From IMG/VR virus record IMGVR_UViG_3300028603_000033: a stretch of 64,000 bases of DNA, one strand, 5' to 3'. The translations under genes were made by a program, and so were the position numbers. This document shows, one piece after another, positions 17,109-26,370 of this stretch (the first letter of the stretch is position 1; each line of letters starts with the position of its first letter). Origin of the DNA: an uncultured virus (IMG/VR IMGVR_UViG_3300028603_000033) (taxonomy: Duplodnaviria > Heunggongvirae > Uroviricota > Caudoviricetes). The notes under the pieces were generated by a model that was not told the DNA's origin, did no database searches, and was given only the letters and a program-made list of their open reading frames with translations.

Positions 17109-17531
17109 TTATATCAAGTTATTCTTTTTTAAATCTTTAAAGGCTTCAATCATCAATTTAGTATCAGGACCCTTTTTGATTTTTTTAGATTCTCTATGAA
17201 CACGAACAACTGCAATCTTGGGTACTCTTGTGGTAATACTTTCTCCACCACCAAGACCCATTCCAGATTTCATGGTCTGCATTATATTTCCTATTATGCC
17301 ACCATCCATAGCAGCCAAATTTTCAGGTGGACCTTGTAAAGGTTCGCCTTCAAATTCTTGATAATGATTTCTGATCCATTGAACCAAAGCATGATAAAGA
17401 TCGTCATCATTACCTTTAATTTGCAGTAATAGTTCTCCAACGGTAGTATTACGAACATCGTCACTAAAATTTTCTATTTCAGGTTGACATCCACAGGAAT
17501 CAAATGCATTTTCTTTAATCAATTTTTTCAT
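17109..17531 (-). CDS. Hypothetical protein (possible virion protein)
   Basis: Track ORF 17109-17555; ATG 17531 (MKKLIKE) directly follows the upstream stop. Confidence 0.6.
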   Translation of the reverse strand: MKKLIKENAFDSCGCQPEIENFSDDVRNTTVGELLLQIKGNDDDLYHALVQWIRNHYQEFEGEPLQGPPENLAAMDGGIIGNIMQTMKSGMGLGGGESITTRVPKIAVVRVHRESKKIKKGPDTKLMIEAFKDLKKNNLI

Positions 17532-17532
17532 A

Positions 17533-18108
17533 TTAAGGTGTAATTGTGCCGCCACTACCTAGTGCAGCGGACTTTGAGGGACTAATAGGAACTGGCTTAG
17601 TAGAACTTTTGTTATGAACCATAAAGTTTATTAACTCATCTATGATGGTCCTATATTTTGTCTCTAAGATATCATTGCCGTCTTTATCTTCTGTTAGTTT
17701 GATAAATTTTATTAATGGTGCATATATATCTTTATAATTGGATTTAATACTATTCATCATAGCATCTTTATCTTTAAAACTCATTATATCGGGTGACTTT
17801 ATAGTTAGTGGGCTTTGTGCTTTACCCTTTAACTGTTTGAAAAATTTAATAAACCCATCAGTTCCAAATTTTTCAATGTTCTCAAATAAGCTTTTAACTG
17901 TCTGATCACTAGCAATGGAACCCATAGTATCTGTTTCCATACCTTTAGCCAATGTTGCTGGATCAGCAGGTGCTGGAGGTGCACCAGGAACTGCTGGCAT
18001 GGCTGGCATGGCTGGGGCTCCACCCATAGCAGCTGGATCAGGAGCTGGCATTCCTGCTTCTACTAATTTTCTTACATACTGTTCTAAAATTGTATCGAAT
18101 TTGTTCAT
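17533..18108 (-). CDS. Pro/Ala-rich putative internal head protein
   Basis: MNKF...KLVE/AGMPAPDPAAM. Confidence 0.55.
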   Translation of the reverse strand: MNKFDTILEQYVRKLVEAGMPAPDPAAMGGAPAMPAMPAVPGAPPAPADPATLAKGMETDTMGSIASDQTVKSLFENIEKFGTDGFIKFFKQLKGKAQSPLTIKSPDIMSFKDKDAMMNSIKSNYKDIYAPLIKFIKLTEDKDGNDILETKYRTIIDELINFMVHNKSSTKPVPISPSKSAALGSGGTITP

Positions 18109-18641
18109 ACTTGAGGTGCTCCTTGAGGTGCAGCAGGAGGTGGTACTTCTGGTTTTGCTTCTGTATTTAAATCAGGCATATTAGGATCGGTTTCCATTTG
18201 AGCATTCTGAATTCTCTCAGAGGTTAATGTTTTGATTACCTCCGCTGCGGCTGCTACAATTCTTCTTAAAAAGAGATATCGATTTATCATATCCTTAGTT
18301 GTTATTAATTTGGGGTTAGTATCTTTCTTAGGAGCAAATTTATCGTCCGATAACTTATCTTCTATATCATATTCATCATCCTGTAGATTAACTACTCCTG
18401 TTTGAATAGACTTAATATATCTTATGACTCTTTCAGGGTCCATTAAATCAATTGCATTAATTAGTTTTGTCCCATCAACTGGAAGTTCTTTTTCTTCTTC
18501 AGGTGGTGCTGGTGCTGGAGGTGGTGCTGGTGCTGGAGGTGGTGCTGGATCTCCACCAGGAGGAGGTGTCATTGCTGCTGGATCAGCAGCTGGGGCGGGT
18601 GGCATACCCATTTCTACTACATAAGACTTAAAATTATTCAT
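18105..18641 (-). CDS. Pro/Ala-rich putative internal head protein
   Basis: MNNFKSYVVE/MGMPPAPAADPAAM; GGTAAATA 5 nt upstream of the ATG; 18-nt tandem repeat encoding PAPPPA. Confidence 0.55.
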   Translation of the reverse strand: MNNFKSYVVEMGMPPAPAADPAAMTPPPGGDPAPPPAPAPPPAPAPPEEEKELPVDGTKLINAIDLMDPERVIRYIKSIQTGVVNLQDDEYDIEDKLSDDKFAPKKDTNPKLITTKDMINRYLFLRRIVAAAAEVIKTLTSERIQNAQMETDPNMPDLNTEAKPEVPPPAAPQGAPQV

Positions 18642-18649
18642 ATTATTAT

Positions 18650-19222
18650 TTACCTCACCATCAAGGCCGATTTGACTTTTAATTCCTCAAAATACTGTTT
18701 ATTTAAGAAATGGAGCTTATACTTTGAAGTAAATTGTTTAGCCTCTTTGAGTGAATAAACATTTTTGTTGCGCTTACCCATTATGGATAAAATCTTTTCA
18801 AACTGTTCAATACACTCCCCTTTACCTTGTTTTATACCATCACAAAATTCAGTGATTGTATTGATTCCATCTAGTTCAACAAAGAGTATAGGTAGTGCGT
18901 GTTGAATCTTCTTATACAGCGCTCTAAGCGCCTTTAACAAGTCTTCTTGCTTACAGTAGTTAAGTATCTCACAGTTCTCAGGCATATTCTTTATAATACA
19001 CATCACTACATGGCCTTTGGGGTTGTTTTTAATGTGCTCACACACCTTCCATGTGACGTGATGATATATAAGTTTTAGTGTATCAGAATTCTTTAACTTA
19101 ATTCGGGGTTCTAATAGCCCAAACTCTTTAAGACTATTAAGAATGTCTACTTCAATAAAGTCGTCAAATAATACATTAACATCCACTAATTGAAGATTAT
19201 GGTCGGGCAAATTACAAATCAT
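18650..19222 (-). CDS. Hypothetical protein
   Basis: 190-aa ORF downstream of a consensus sigma70 promoter. Confidence 0.7.
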   Translation of the reverse strand: MICNLPDHNLQLVDVNVLFDDFIEVDILNSLKEFGLLEPRIKLKNSDTLKLIYHHVTWKVCEHIKNNPKGHVVMCIIKNMPENCEILNYCKQEDLLKALRALYKKIQHALPILFVELDGINTITEFCDGIKQGKGECIEQFEKILSIMGKRNKNVYSLKEAKQFTSKYKLHFLNKQYFEELKVKSALMVR

Positions 19223-19255
19223 AAACCACCTAATTTTGGGGTACTAAGAATAGTA

Positions 19256-19300
19256 AGCTCTTATAGCTTCTATCTTATAGCTCTTTAAGCTCCTAAAGCT
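19256..19300. repeat. Five AGCT-centred short repeats (iteron-like)
   Basis: AGCT at 19256, 19265, 19279, 19288 and 19297 (spacing 9, 14, 9, 9), including two CTTATAGCT copies. Confidence 0.6.
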
Positions 19301-19306
19301 AATACT

Positions 19307-19334
19307 ATTATATCTCAGTGTTTTTGCATGTCAA
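19307..19334 (-). promoter_or_regulatory. Consensus sigma70 promoter
   Basis: Minus strand TTGACA (19334-19329)-16 nt-TATAAT (19312-19307). Confidence 0.75.
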
Positions 19335-19417
19335 CGGGTGTCCTTGTGTTTTTCTAAAGATTTAAGGATCCTTTATGCTAAATTGACTCTCTATGTGTTT
19401 TTAAGGTGACAAAAAAG

Positions 19418-20035
19418 TTATTGAAACGATTTGACGATTAATTTTTCTATAGTGCCCAAATCTAATCCTAAATTATTTGCTTCCATTATAATGTTTTGAA
19501 GTTGCTCAATATTTTCCTTAATTTTGTATTCAACATCAATTTCAAGTTCATAATGCTCAGCCATTTGTTGTGGAGATTTAACTTCATCTAGTTTTTTAAG
19601 ATAAACTGTATTATTTAAAATATCGATTTCCGCTTCACTTAACATCTGTTTTAATCTTATAACATACATGTCAGCTTTACTAAAGGCTACTTTTTCTAAT
19701 GCAAGAGTAGGTTTTCTTTTAATATTACCCATTTCATCTATTAACCCTAGTTTATATGCGTGCCATTCTTTTATAGGTTGTGATAGTCTTCTTAAAAGAT
19801 AACCAAGTGTTATTCCGTGTTCTGCTGTTTCTTTAATCATAGCATTAAAATCTACTCCTCTTACATGAACTTTTCCAAAAGGATTATATATGCAACCGCT
19901 TCCTATAGAAGAAGAGCCACAATAAATACATTTTCCTCTATTGTGGGGATGAACATGAATACCCTTTGGACCATATAAGCACCCCGTGCCATAGCTGGAT
20001 GAACCGCAATACATACATTTATCTTCTTGTGACAT
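19418..20035 (-). CDS. Hypothetical protein with duplicated Cys/His motif
   Basis: C-x-YCGSSS-x-G-x-GC-x-Y-x-P-x-G-x-x-H/V-H twice, then LRRLSQPIKEWHAYKLGLIDEMGN, which resembles a segment conserved in T4-like phages. Confidence 0.7.
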   Translation of the reverse strand: MSQEDKCMYCGSSSYGTGCLYGPKGIHVHPHNRGKCIYCGSSSIGSGCIYNPFGKVHVRGVDFNAMIKETAEHGITLGYLLRRLSQPIKEWHAYKLGLIDEMGNIKRKPTLALEKVAFSKADMYVIRLKQMLSEAEIDILNNTVYLKKLDEVKSPQQMAEHYELEIDVEYKIKENIEQLQNIIMEANNLGLDLGTIEKLIVKSFQ

Positions 20036-20037
20036 AA

Positions 20038-20472
20038 TTAAATATTTTCCTTACTCTTTTTGGGTATTTTACCAATTCTTAAATTAATTATACCATTATA
20101 ATAGTTTTCATTTATTAAAACATCGTGGTCAAATTGATATTTTGCTTCATAATAAGCTAATTCCCATTTATTAATACAAAGACGAATTATCTTAAAACTG
20201 AAATTATCCATACCATATCTGACAATGTCGTCATTTAATTCATTACTACTACTGGTATATTCTTTCCAATCTGTCTCTTCAATGAAATGTCGCTTATTTT
20301 TCTTACCCTTTAATGGTTTTAATTTTTTAACATGGAGCATTTGTTTTTTACCTACATATTTTTTTCCGGTTACAATGTTTTCTATACAATATATAAATCC
20401 ATATGTATCAGTTGGAATCTCACCATCATATTTCCAATGCCCAAAATCTGCATGTACGTTTATTTTTTCCAT
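20038..20472 (-). CDS. GIY-YIG (Seg-like) nuclease-domain protein
   Basis: YGFIYCIENIVTGKKYVGKK...DWKEYTSS...YYE...YYN. Confidence 0.75.
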   Translation of the reverse strand: MEKINVHADFGHWKYDGEIPTDTYGFIYCIENIVTGKKYVGKKQMLHVKKLKPLKGKKNKRHFIEETDWKEYTSSSNELNDDIVRYGMDNFSFKIIRLCINKWELAYYEAKYQFDHDVLINENYYNGIINLRIGKIPKKSKENI

Positions 20473-20474
20473 AA

Positions 20475-21182
20475 TTATTTTTTATTCTTCAAAGCTTTTA
20501 AATTTTTTTCCATTCTGTCTAGAGCTGGATAATATTTGTAACCCAATTCAGCAATATGATCTTTTGCAATTTCCCTTGCTTTACCAGGCTGAGGTGTATG
20601 TTCGAATTCTATACGTCTACCCCTACTTAATGAGGCCCTTACTTTATGCAAAGGTTCTTTATGTTTTTTTGCTAAGGCGCGAGCATCCATATTTTGGGCT
20701 TCCCCGCCCGGTATAAATTCCTTATCTTCATTAAGCTTGGCCGTCTGTTCTAAATGTAAATAGATAGACTTTCCTATATTATCATTGAAAAGACCAGTAA
20801 GTCTACTTTGAATTGCATAAATGTTTTCATTTTCTGTATAGAATCTAAACTGAATACTTCCATCATCCATCCGTGCTGTATCATATTGCATAGTGTTATC
20901 TTGTATAATTCCCTCAATAATACGTTCGAAATTCTTCTTTGTGACAGTTAGGACATAAGTATTATCAACTTCAATGACCGGTTCTGTTTCAAAGGAACTG
21001 TTAAAAAAGCTATCAAATAGTGTCTTTTTACGCTTTTGTTTGATTTTACCCTTACGAGTTATAATTGGTCCCAATACTTTGGGAAGTCTGGCATCACCTG
21101 GAGCATAGTCACCAGATTCATAACCGGACCCAAAAACATCACCAGATGCTAACATTTCATTAAATTTTGTTCTTTTTTTCAT
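20475..21182 (-). CDS. Hypothetical protein with C-terminal DUF5661-like domain
   Basis: GRRIEFEHT...AREIAKDHIAE...YYPALDRMEK. Confidence 0.6.
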   Translation of the reverse strand: MKKRTKFNEMLASGDVFGSGYESGDYAPGDARLPKVLGPIITRKGKIKQKRKKTLFDSFFNSSFETEPVIEVDNTYVLTVTKKNFERIIEGIIQDNTMQYDTARMDDGSIQFRFYTENENIYAIQSRLTGLFNDNIGKSIYLHLEQTAKLNEDKEFIPGGEAQNMDARALAKKHKEPLHKVRASLSRGRRIEFEHTPQPGKAREIAKDHIAELGYKYYPALDRMEKNLKALKNKK

Positions 21183-21252
21183 ATTTCTCCGTGAATTATA
21201 TTGAATATAATATATACTTATTTATGGGAGATAAAAGGTTTTTAACGATGCT

Positions 21253-21663
21253 ATGACAAACAATTTAACATTAAATGAAATATTAACTGGTTATCAACAG
21301 GAATTCGAAAAGGACAGCGACTTTAACGAATTGAATTTGCGTGAACGTCAATTGATGCTTCCAGGCATCAAACATAAGTACGTTGCCTATATGATTCGTC
21401 ACAAGCAAAAGAAGTACGAATTAGAAAAGGCAAAACGTGATGTTATTGATAGTCTAACAAATAATTATGATGGACCAGTAGGTCTAAGTCATACTGCTAT
21501 TGAAAACAAAATTAAGTCAAAACCACCTATTCGTCGTATTGATGACATGATTAAAGAACAGGACATCATTATCGACTATTTAGAGAAGGTAGAATATATT
21601 ACAAAATCTATGACTTATGATATGAGTAATATTATTAAGATAATGGAGTTAGAAACAACATAA
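21253..21663 (+). CDS. uvsY: Recombination mediator UvsY-like
   Basis: 136-aa helical protein directly upstream of uvsW; IIDYLEKVE...MTYDMSNII C-terminus. Confidence 0.65.
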   Translation: MTNNLTLNEILTGYQQEFEKDSDFNELNLRERQLMLPGIKHKYVAYMIRHKQKKYELEKAKRDVIDSLTNNYDGPVGLSHTAIENKIKSKPPIRRIDDMIKEQDIIIDYLEKVEYITKSMTYDMSNIIKIMELETT

Positions 21664-23150
21664 TGGCAAGATTTGTATTCGATTGGGATCCTGGCTACAA
21701 GAAAGGAGTACTTCAAAGCGATTGCTTAGATGTACTTCGTGAAGCCCTCTCAATTGAGGATAAAGATGCATCCATGGCTCGTTACAAAACGGAACGTAAA
21801 TGGACTAGTATGAGAAAATATCCTATCTCACAAGGAGGGAGATTCTCTCTTGGTTTATTTCCTGAAATCTATAAAAAGATTAAAACTCTAGATATACCAT
21901 ATACTACTATTATAACTGAGAAATTCAAGGAGAATTTTTTAATTGGATGGAATAAAAGCGATGACTTTGTTCCGGTTGAATTAGATATGCCTCCAAGATA
22001 TTACCAAAGAGATTGCATTAAACAATGTATGAAATATGGTAATGGAGTAGTTATGTTAGGAACAGCTGGTGGTAAAACACTTATCATGGCCATGTTATTA
22101 CACAATATCAATTTAATAAAAAAATCACAAACACTTATTATTACGTCTCCAACACTAATGGCACAGGCTATTGATGACTTTATTGGGTTCGGTATCCATA
22201 AATATTATACTATGAGTCAATGGGATGCTAATCATCCCTATACTGATACAGACATTGTAATTGCCAGTAGTAACATATTAATGAGTAAGAAACAGGATAA
22301 ACGCATATTATCCACGTGTGGACTAGTACTTGTTGATGAGTGTCATAAACTTCGAGCTGGAAACGAAATTAATGATAAGATAATAAAAAAGATAAAGACA
22401 CCACATAAATTTGGATTTACTGGTTCACTTCCTGAGGAAACAAAAGATTCTTGGAATATTGTTAAACAATTAGGGCCTGTCATTTACGAAAAGAAAAGTG
22501 AAAAACTTCGTGAAGAGGGTTATATTGCTAACATGGAAGCAGTAGTATTAAAGATATCATACGATCCAGAACCTATTTTTACAGGGGAAGCAAGTATAGA
22601 AAAGCCAACGGAACTATATAATCAAGAATGTGACTTCATTTATACAAACGAATTTAGGAATAATACAATTGGGAAGCTGGTTTCCAATTTCGATAAAAAT
22701 GCATTGGTCTTAGTTGACCGATTAGAACACCAGCAATTAATCATAGACATCATAAAGAAATATTGTCCAAACAGAAATGTACAAATGGTTCGTGGTGATG
22801 TATCTATGGATGCTCGAGAAGAAATAAGAGCATTAATGGAACGAAACAATGATGTGATATGTGTTGCAATTGGAAGTACTTTCGCAACGGGTATTAGCAT
22901 AGATAACTTGCACTATCTTTTATTTTGCTTAATCGGAAAAGCAAAATTGAAAATATTACAAAGTATCGGAAGAGGGCTTAGACTTCATAAAAATAAAGAT
23001 AAGCTAATAATATTTGATTTAGCCGATGACCTATATTACGGGTTGAAACATTTAGATATGCGGTTAGAATTATATGAAGAGGAAAAAATTCAGTATGTCA
23101 CCAAAGAAATTAAACAAAAAGACGAAGGAAGAACAACAGATAGAAGATGA
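21663..23150 (+). CDS. uvsW: SF2 DNA helicase UvsW
   Basis: PRYYQ, GTAGGKT, VDECH, GFTGS, TGIS, LQSIGRGLR. Confidence 0.92.
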   Translation: MARFVFDWDPGYKKGVLQSDCLDVLREALSIEDKDASMARYKTERKWTSMRKYPISQGGRFSLGLFPEIYKKIKTLDIPYTTIITEKFKENFLIGWNKSDDFVPVELDMPPRYYQRDCIKQCMKYGNGVVMLGTAGGKTLIMAMLLHNINLIKKSQTLIITSPTLMAQAIDDFIGFGIHKYYTMSQWDANHPYTDTDIVIASSNILMSKKQDKRILSTCGLVLVDECHKLRAGNEINDKIIKKIKTPHKFGFTGSLPEETKDSWNIVKQLGPVIYEKKSEKLREEGYIANMEAVVLKISYDPEPIFTGEASIEKPTELYNQECDFIYTNEFRNNTIGKLVSNFDKNALVLVDRLEHQQLIIDIIKKYCPNRNVQMVRGDVSMDAREEIRALMERNNDVICVAIGSTFATGISIDNLHYLLFCLIGKAKLKILQSIGRGLRLHKNKDKLIIFDLADDLYYGLKHLDMRLELYEEEKIQYVTKEIKQKDEGRTTDRR

Positions 23151-24636
23151 TAACATTATCTTAGCTAAACAGCTACAAGATAATCTTTCTGACAATGAAG
23201 ACTATTACGTTAGTCCAAAGGCATTTAGCTTAGAGTTGATGGAATATTATAAAACCGGCAACATGACCGACAAGCTAGTTACTATGGCAAGTAATATCGC
23301 CATTCGTTTAGCTTATCGACCCAACTTTATGAATTATTGTGTAGATGATAAAACAGAAGCACTTACTAATAGGGGCTGGATGAAATATAATGAAATGAAA
23401 TTATCTGATAAAATTTTATCATATAATATTAAAAGTAATCATTTAATATGGAGTAATATTAAAGACTTATATATTAACAACAATTATAATGATAAAATGC
23501 ACTATATAACTAATTATGGTCTTGATGCATTAGTTACACCACACCATAATTTTGTTGTTAAAAATGAAGGATTAATAGAAATTGAAGATATTAAGGCAAA
23601 AAAACATATAATTATAATGGGTAAACCAGTTAAAGAACAACTAATAGATAAAAAATATACAAATGATTTCATAGAAATTGTCGGATGGGCAGTTACAGAA
23701 GGACACTATACATTGGGTAAAAAAACACATTCCATTACTATATTTCAAAAAAATAACGAAAAAGCAAATCAAATTAGAAATTGTCTTAATAGACTTAATG
23801 TACCATATAAAGAATATGTTTGTATAAAGAAAACCGATATATTGGGATTTAGAATCAATAAAAAAATAGCAAACGATATAATTAATTTAGCCCCAAATAA
23901 AATATTATCCATGGATTTTATATTATCATTAAATAACGAACAAAGATTATTATTAATAGATACAATGATAAAGGGTGATGGCTGGACTACAAATAGTCTT
24001 TCTAAACAAGGATATTCATATGGTTATACACAAAAAGATAAAAGACATATAGATAATTTTATTGCCCTATGTACATTATCAGGAATAACAACATCTACAT
24101 CATATGTAGAAAATGAAACACCTTTTGGATTATCAAAATATTATAGCGTATATTTTTATACCAAACCAAAATATAGCTGTGCGACTGATAATATTGATTT
24201 TCATGGTGGTAAACGCCCTGCTGGTGGAGATGTTAGACATAATAAAAAATATAATATTCCAACTATAGATTATAATGGTACAGTTTGGTGTCCTCAAACC
24301 GAATATGGAACGTTTATATGTCGAAGGGGAAAATATGTTTTTATAACTGGCAATACCTACAAAGATGAAATGATTGGGGATGCAACAATAAAAATTATGA
24401 GTGCATTAGTCCACAAGAAATTTAATCCAATAAAAGCAAAAGGAAATCCTTTTAGTTACTTTACAAAGATTGCAGTTAATTCGTTTCGTAATAGAATAAA
24501 GAAAGAAAAGAAAGCACATGAAGCCCTAAAGGCTTATCAAGAGGAAACATATGGTAGAATTATGAGTGAGACCTTACCACATAGACAATTACCATATCAT
24601 AACAATTCAGACCTTTTAAACTACGAGAGCCAATAA
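23074..24636 (+). CDS. gp55: Late-transcription sigma factor gp55, intein-containing
   Basis: YYVSPKAF...LAYRPNFMNY | intein | TYKDEMIGDA...FNP..GNPFSYFTKIAVNSFRNRIKKEKK; spliced length 181 aa; sits next to gp47 as in T4-like phages. Confidence 0.9.
   Translation: MKRKKFSMSPKKLNKKTKEEQQIEDDNIILAKQLQDNLSDNEDYYVSPKAFSLELMEYYKTGNMTDKLVTMASNIAIRLAYRPNFMNYCVDDKTEALTNRGWMKYNEMKLSDKILSYNIKSNHLIWSNIKDLYINNNYNDKMHYITNYGLDALVTPHHNFVVKNEGLIEIEDIKAKKHIIIMGKPVKEQLIDKKYTNDFIEIVGWAVTEGHYTLGKKTHSITIFQKNNEKANQIRNCLNRLNVPYKEYVCIKKTDILGFRINKKIANDIINLAPNKILSMDFILSLNNEQRLLLIDTMIKGDGWTTNSLSKQGYSYGYTQKDKRHIDNFIALCTLSGITTSTSYVENETPFGLSKYYSVYFYTKPKYSCATDNIDFHGGKRPAGGDVRHNKKYNIPTIDYNGTVWCPQTEYGTFICRRGKYVFITGNTYKDEMIGDATIKIMSALVHKKFNPIKAKGNPFSYFTKIAVNSFRNRIKKEKKAHEALKAYQEETYGRIMSETLPHRQLPYHNNSDLLNYESQ
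23338..24354 (+). mobile_element. Intein (339 aa) with LAGLIDADG endonuclease in gp55
   Basis: CVDDKTEALTNRGW start, VTPHHNF block B, IVGWAVTEG and LIDTMIKGDG motifs, VWCPQTEYGTFICRR...ITGN/T end. Confidence 0.92.
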
Positions 24637-24637
24637 T

Positions 24638-25681
24638 ATGAAGTTTAGAAAACCATTAGTAGCAGTTGTATCAGATACACATTTCGGTATTCATCAGAAT
24701 AGTGAAGTGTGGCACCGTACCGCAATGCAATTTACAGAGAACCTTAAAAAGGAATTAATCAAAAGGGGTATCCAAGATATTGTTATTGCTGGTGATATTC
24801 ATCATAATCGAAATGAAATATCTGTTAGTACTATCCATGTTGTGAATGAAATATTCAAATCTCTAAAGGATTTTAATATTATTATCATTCCTGGAAATCA
24901 TGATGCATACTACAAAGATAGATCTGATGTACATTCATTAGGTATGTTAGATGGCTGGGAGAATATACACGTATTCAGTGAACCCACTTCTATAATGGCT
25001 TTTGGTAGACAAATTTCATTTTGTCCCTGGTCATCTGACTTTACAAAACTACCATATAGCGATATTATATTTGGTCATTTTGCTATTAATAATTTCAAAA
25101 TGGTCTCAGGTAAAACTTGTGACAATGGAATTGAATCTAATGACATATTAAAATATGGAAAACTAATCATGTCTGGTCACTTTCATGCATCAGAGATCAG
25201 AAAATATTCAACTGGAACAATTGTTTATATTGGGTGTCCATATGAACAAGATTGGGGAAATTATGGAGATGATAAAGGATTCTTCACATTAGACCTGAAT
25301 ACAATGAATTATGAATTCATAGTTAATAATGTAACACCCAAACATAAAAAGTTGAAACTAACTGAACTGATCAGTGCCGGAGAGATACCAAAATATTGGT
25401 CTTCAGAAATATATAACAACATCGTTTCATTTGAAGTGGATAGACATATTGAACCAGAAAAATTAACTATATTATGTAGTAAACTTCAATCCATGCAACC
25501 ATTAAGCTTTAAGGTGGACTATAATGTATCAGATAACACAACTAATGAATTACTATCAGCCAATATTAATGGGATTGATATACCAACTAGTATTATTGAA
25601 TTCGTTCAATTACTAGACATTGACAACAAACAAGAGGTAATAGATTACACTATTGAATTATACAATAATAGCACTAAGTAG
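24638..25681 (+). CDS. gp47: Recombination nuclease subunit (Mre11/SbcD-like)
   Basis: SDTHFG, AGDIHH, PGNHD, FGH, SGHFH. Confidence 0.92.
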   Translation: MKFRKPLVAVVSDTHFGIHQNSEVWHRTAMQFTENLKKELIKRGIQDIVIAGDIHHNRNEISVSTIHVVNEIFKSLKDFNIIIIPGNHDAYYKDRSDVHSLGMLDGWENIHVFSEPTSIMAFGRQISFCPWSSDFTKLPYSDIIFGHFAINNFKMVSGKTCDNGIESNDILKYGKLIMSGHFHASEIRKYSTGTIVYIGCPYEQDWGNYGDDKGFFTLDLNTMNYEFIVNNVTPKHKKLKLTELISAGEIPKYWSSEIYNNIVSFEVDRHIEPEKLTILCSKLQSMQPLSFKVDYNVSDNTTNELLSANINGIDIPTSIIEFVQLLDIDNKQEVIDYTIELYNNSTK

Positions 25682-25686
25682 GAATT

Positions 25687-26370
25687 ATGAATAATAAAAT
25701 TGGTATTGGTATTATAAATACAACAGGAAATGATCCAACCCCATTATGCGAAAAAATTCCTTTGGTTGAATCAGTTCGAATTGAATCAATAGATAAAAGT
25801 TCTACTTGGACAAAGAATAGTTTATTATATAAATTAATAAATGATGATTGTGCTCATATGTTTTTAATAAAGGACACTATTACAATTAAAGATAGTAGTG
25901 TTTTTGACAAATATATTGAAACAGCATCTAAAAGTGGTATATGGTATCTTAATTATAGTAACACCTATAAAGTCCGTAACTCTATTGACTACGATGGTTG
26001 TGGTGTGAGTTTTGCAGATACAATTAATAATCAATTCTGTTACTATTACAAAGGCATATTAAAAAATGTAGGATTCTTTGATGAACGATATGCTTATGGA
26101 TTATTGGATCAAATTGATTATACATATCGTGTAACACAAAAAAAGTTATGTCCACCTTGGGGCTGGTTTGCAGACATAGAAAATAGTAACAACTATATTT
26201 CGGCACCCTCACCAGGTTTAATTGACAACAATCAACAAATGTATTGGAGAGAAAACCAATGGTTCAAACATAGAAATGAACAATTTTATCATCTTCTACC
26301 AGATACTAAAGAAGATGAGGCTATGAAAGTCTTAGAAGAATTAAAAGAAAAATATGCAAAAGACATTTAA
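25687..26370 (+). CDS. Glycosyltransferase-like protein (GT2/GT-A)
   Basis: KIGIGIINT, KNSLL, MFLIKD, VGFFDERY...IDYTYRV. The DxD motif appears degenerate. Confidence 0.6.
   Translation: MNNKIGIGIINTTGNDPTPLCEKIPLVESVRIESIDKSSTWTKNSLLYKLINDDCAHMFLIKDTITIKDSSVFDKYIETASKSGIWYLNYSNTYKVRNSIDYDGCGVSFADTINNQFCYYYKGILKNVGFFDERYAYGLLDQIDYTYRVTQKKLCPPWGWFADIENSNNYISAPSPGLIDNNQQMYWRENQWFKHRNEQFYHLLPDTKEDEAMKVLEELKEKYAKDI

Noticed and set aside
18502..18550. CRISPR-like or mobile repeat array
   Set aside because: An 18-nt tandem repeat without spacers that encodes PAPPPA within a CDS.
19256..19300. CRISPR array
   Set aside because: Units are ~9 nt with no unique spacers.
20225..20716. 163-aa plus-strand ORF
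   Set aside because: Antisense to the GIY-YIG and DUF5661-like genes; composition typical of a shadow frame.
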